Source of the DNA: Isurus oxyrinchus
Taxonomy: Eukaryota
Length of the DNA stretch: 64,000 nt
Reading direction: 5' to 3'
NCBI GenBank assembly: GCA_026770705.1
Contig: JANJGN010000026.1
Location: 39,990,001 to 40,054,000, forward strand
Position 1 is the stretch's first letter, and every line of letters starts with the position of its first letter. Below the pieces are notes generated by a model that saw only the letters and a program-made list of their open reading frames with translations, had not been told where the DNA came from and ran no database searches. Shown piece after piece: positions 62,050 to 64,000 of this stretch. The translations under genes and the position numbers were made by a program.

Positions 62050-63610
62050 GCCTTCGGCGCACTATACCTGAAAAGTTCTAGGCAGTGGCCTTTCCCCATT
62101 GCACCTTTGCAGCGACTGCCCCAAGCTTTAGTGGATCTCCCTGCACGTAGTCTTGGACTTTGGTATTTGTCAGTGTGCAATGCTCGGCCATGATCAATTC
62201 TTTGCACTCGGGGACCAGCAAGTTTCAGGCAGAAAAAGGAACCATTTTAACCGAGTTGAACATCCTTCAGCAGTAGTTGATATCTGTCGCTGTGCGTCCC
62301 TGGAAACTTCCCACAGAGCTTAGAGTCCTGCGTGACAGATCTGTTGGGGTGACTAACTCCACTGCATCCCCTTCTTTGCAAAGCCACATTCTAGAAGGAG
62401 TTGTTCCACTGTCTGTACACCACCGCAGCTGCTTTTGAGGCAGCGTGCGGTGGCACAGAGATTTAGGGCGTGCATGAAGGAGCTGATGGGGAGGGCCTTT
62501 CTCACCACCACACAGCCACGGCCTTGGTGTTTGATTGAAAGTTCTGGTGCTGAGGTATTTTCGCCAATGACTTTGACAATCTGCTCAAGGATCCATCCGA
62601 CAAGGCCCAACATCTCCATCTACCTCAGGGCCGATAGGATGGAACGTGCTGACCGCTGTCTCATGGATTTGTGGTCAGTGAATGTTTTTTTTGTACAAAC
62701 CTTTCCCACCAGGGATGGATGAATGGACATAGAGCAACTACTTGGAGCGTTCTGAGGTACAGTGGCCAGACTCATTCTTTGCAACACTGGGGACAGGTAG
62801 TGACTGCATTTAGTGACACTTGTTGTTCACTTATTAAGGGTCTACACAAGGCTTGATCCAGGCACACGTAAAGGCGGCCATCAGGATGAGGGTGATGTGA
62901 GGCATGTTTCCTTGCCTCCGCCCCACCCCACCTCCACCCCTATTCCAGAGCTTCGCACATGTTGTCCCTGTGGGCACGCTCCATCTTTGACCTCCGGATG
63001 AAGCAGAATATGATTTCGTGGACTGCTGCCATGCAGCATCTAGTTGCAGGGCTTACATTATGTACAGCAACACTGAGGGCATTTCACACCTGATGAGCAG
63101 GTTGATATTCGCAATGGAGAGACAGAGTCGCTCCCTCATGCCCAGTTCCTGCCTCACCTTAGCTATACGTCCTTCCCAGGCTCAGGCGCACGGTCCGGAC
63201 TCTCACAACCATATCTCCAGGTAGTCTGACCTGACGATGAAGAGGGCAAAGGGTCTGTCGGCCCAAAAATCATGTACTAGCTCTTGCCACGATTCACCTT
63301 AGCTCTGAGGCCAGTTTAAACTGGGCGCAGGTGTTCATGACTGACTGCGGGTCCGAGTATAAGACAGTGACATTGTCTATATACAGGGAGACGTTGACTT
63401 GTCCGCCTCCACTGCCTGAGATCAAACCGCTTAAACCTCCAACACCCCCCCGTCCGCCCCCACCCCCTCCCCCCCCCCTCCACAACCACCCCCCGTCCCG
63501 GCCATCCTTCCTGATTGGCTCAGTTTTATGCAAAATATGAAGAAGGCAGAGGAGAGAGGGCAGCCCTCTCTGATTTGATTCTTGATTTGATCGGAAACCT
63601 TTTCAGTTCT
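62050..63610 (-). mobile_element. Degenerate L1/Tx1-clade LINE fragment
   Basis: IREGCPLS, VSLYIDNV (YxDD relic) and a C-terminal CGG..TVEQLLLEC zinc-knuckle relic. Confidence 0.7.
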
Positions 63611-64000
63611 CACCTATTGACTCAAACCGTGCGACTGATCTTTGTGTAGAATAGCTGTATTTGATTGTGGATTCCACACCCAAACTACGTTTTGGAGAAC
63701 ATAAGCGTCATCATTCCTGATAAACCAGCCAATCGTGTGCCTGGGAAATCCCTTCAGTTTCTCAGTAAGTGAAGCCTGATCCTGATCTGAGTTACACTTT
63801 AATATCAGAAGGAACAACATATTTGGAACATTCTCTGATTTTCTGTCGAACTCCAAACCAGACACCTTGTTCTCCCTATGTTCCCTTACTACTGATAATA
63901 ACGGTCTTCCTACTCTTTCAGTGTATGCTTAAATAATGGGTCTCGCTTCCATAAATAATGTTGCTCAGACTTTCGAAACTTTCTGCATTTGTCTTACATG

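Overview
Vertebrate genomic DNA from a cartilaginous fish (shark). The VH protein closely resembles horn-shark-type IgM VH, and the repeats are shark SINE/CR1/Penelope families. The window is part of an antigen-receptor locus. At the left edge (minus strand) is an intact IgM-type heavy-chain V segment (leader, V exon, 23-RSS) followed about 370 bp later by a 12/22-RSS-flanked D segment. About 34 kb of repeat-dominated DNA follows (27/54-bp and ~66-bp degenerate satellites, RTE/CR1/Penelope fragments, a 3x245-bp array, a candidate RUNX/ETS enhancer). From ~35.6 kb to 61.2 kb lies a dense array of TCR alpha/delta-type V segments in both orientations. One is fully intact (60701-61199), one has an open frame but a doubtful heptamer (46161-46634), two are nearly intact (38511, 51849), and about nine are pseudogenes or relics. 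No J or C exon was found. Notable structure: an Ig VH-D next to TCR V genes; CTCF motifs ~20 bp behind V RSSs; a V with a VNAR-length CDR2 deletion; an inverted segmental duplication; an inversion inside one V gene; and minimal hammerhead-like folds in Penelope-derived elements. All calls are by eye, with no database search.
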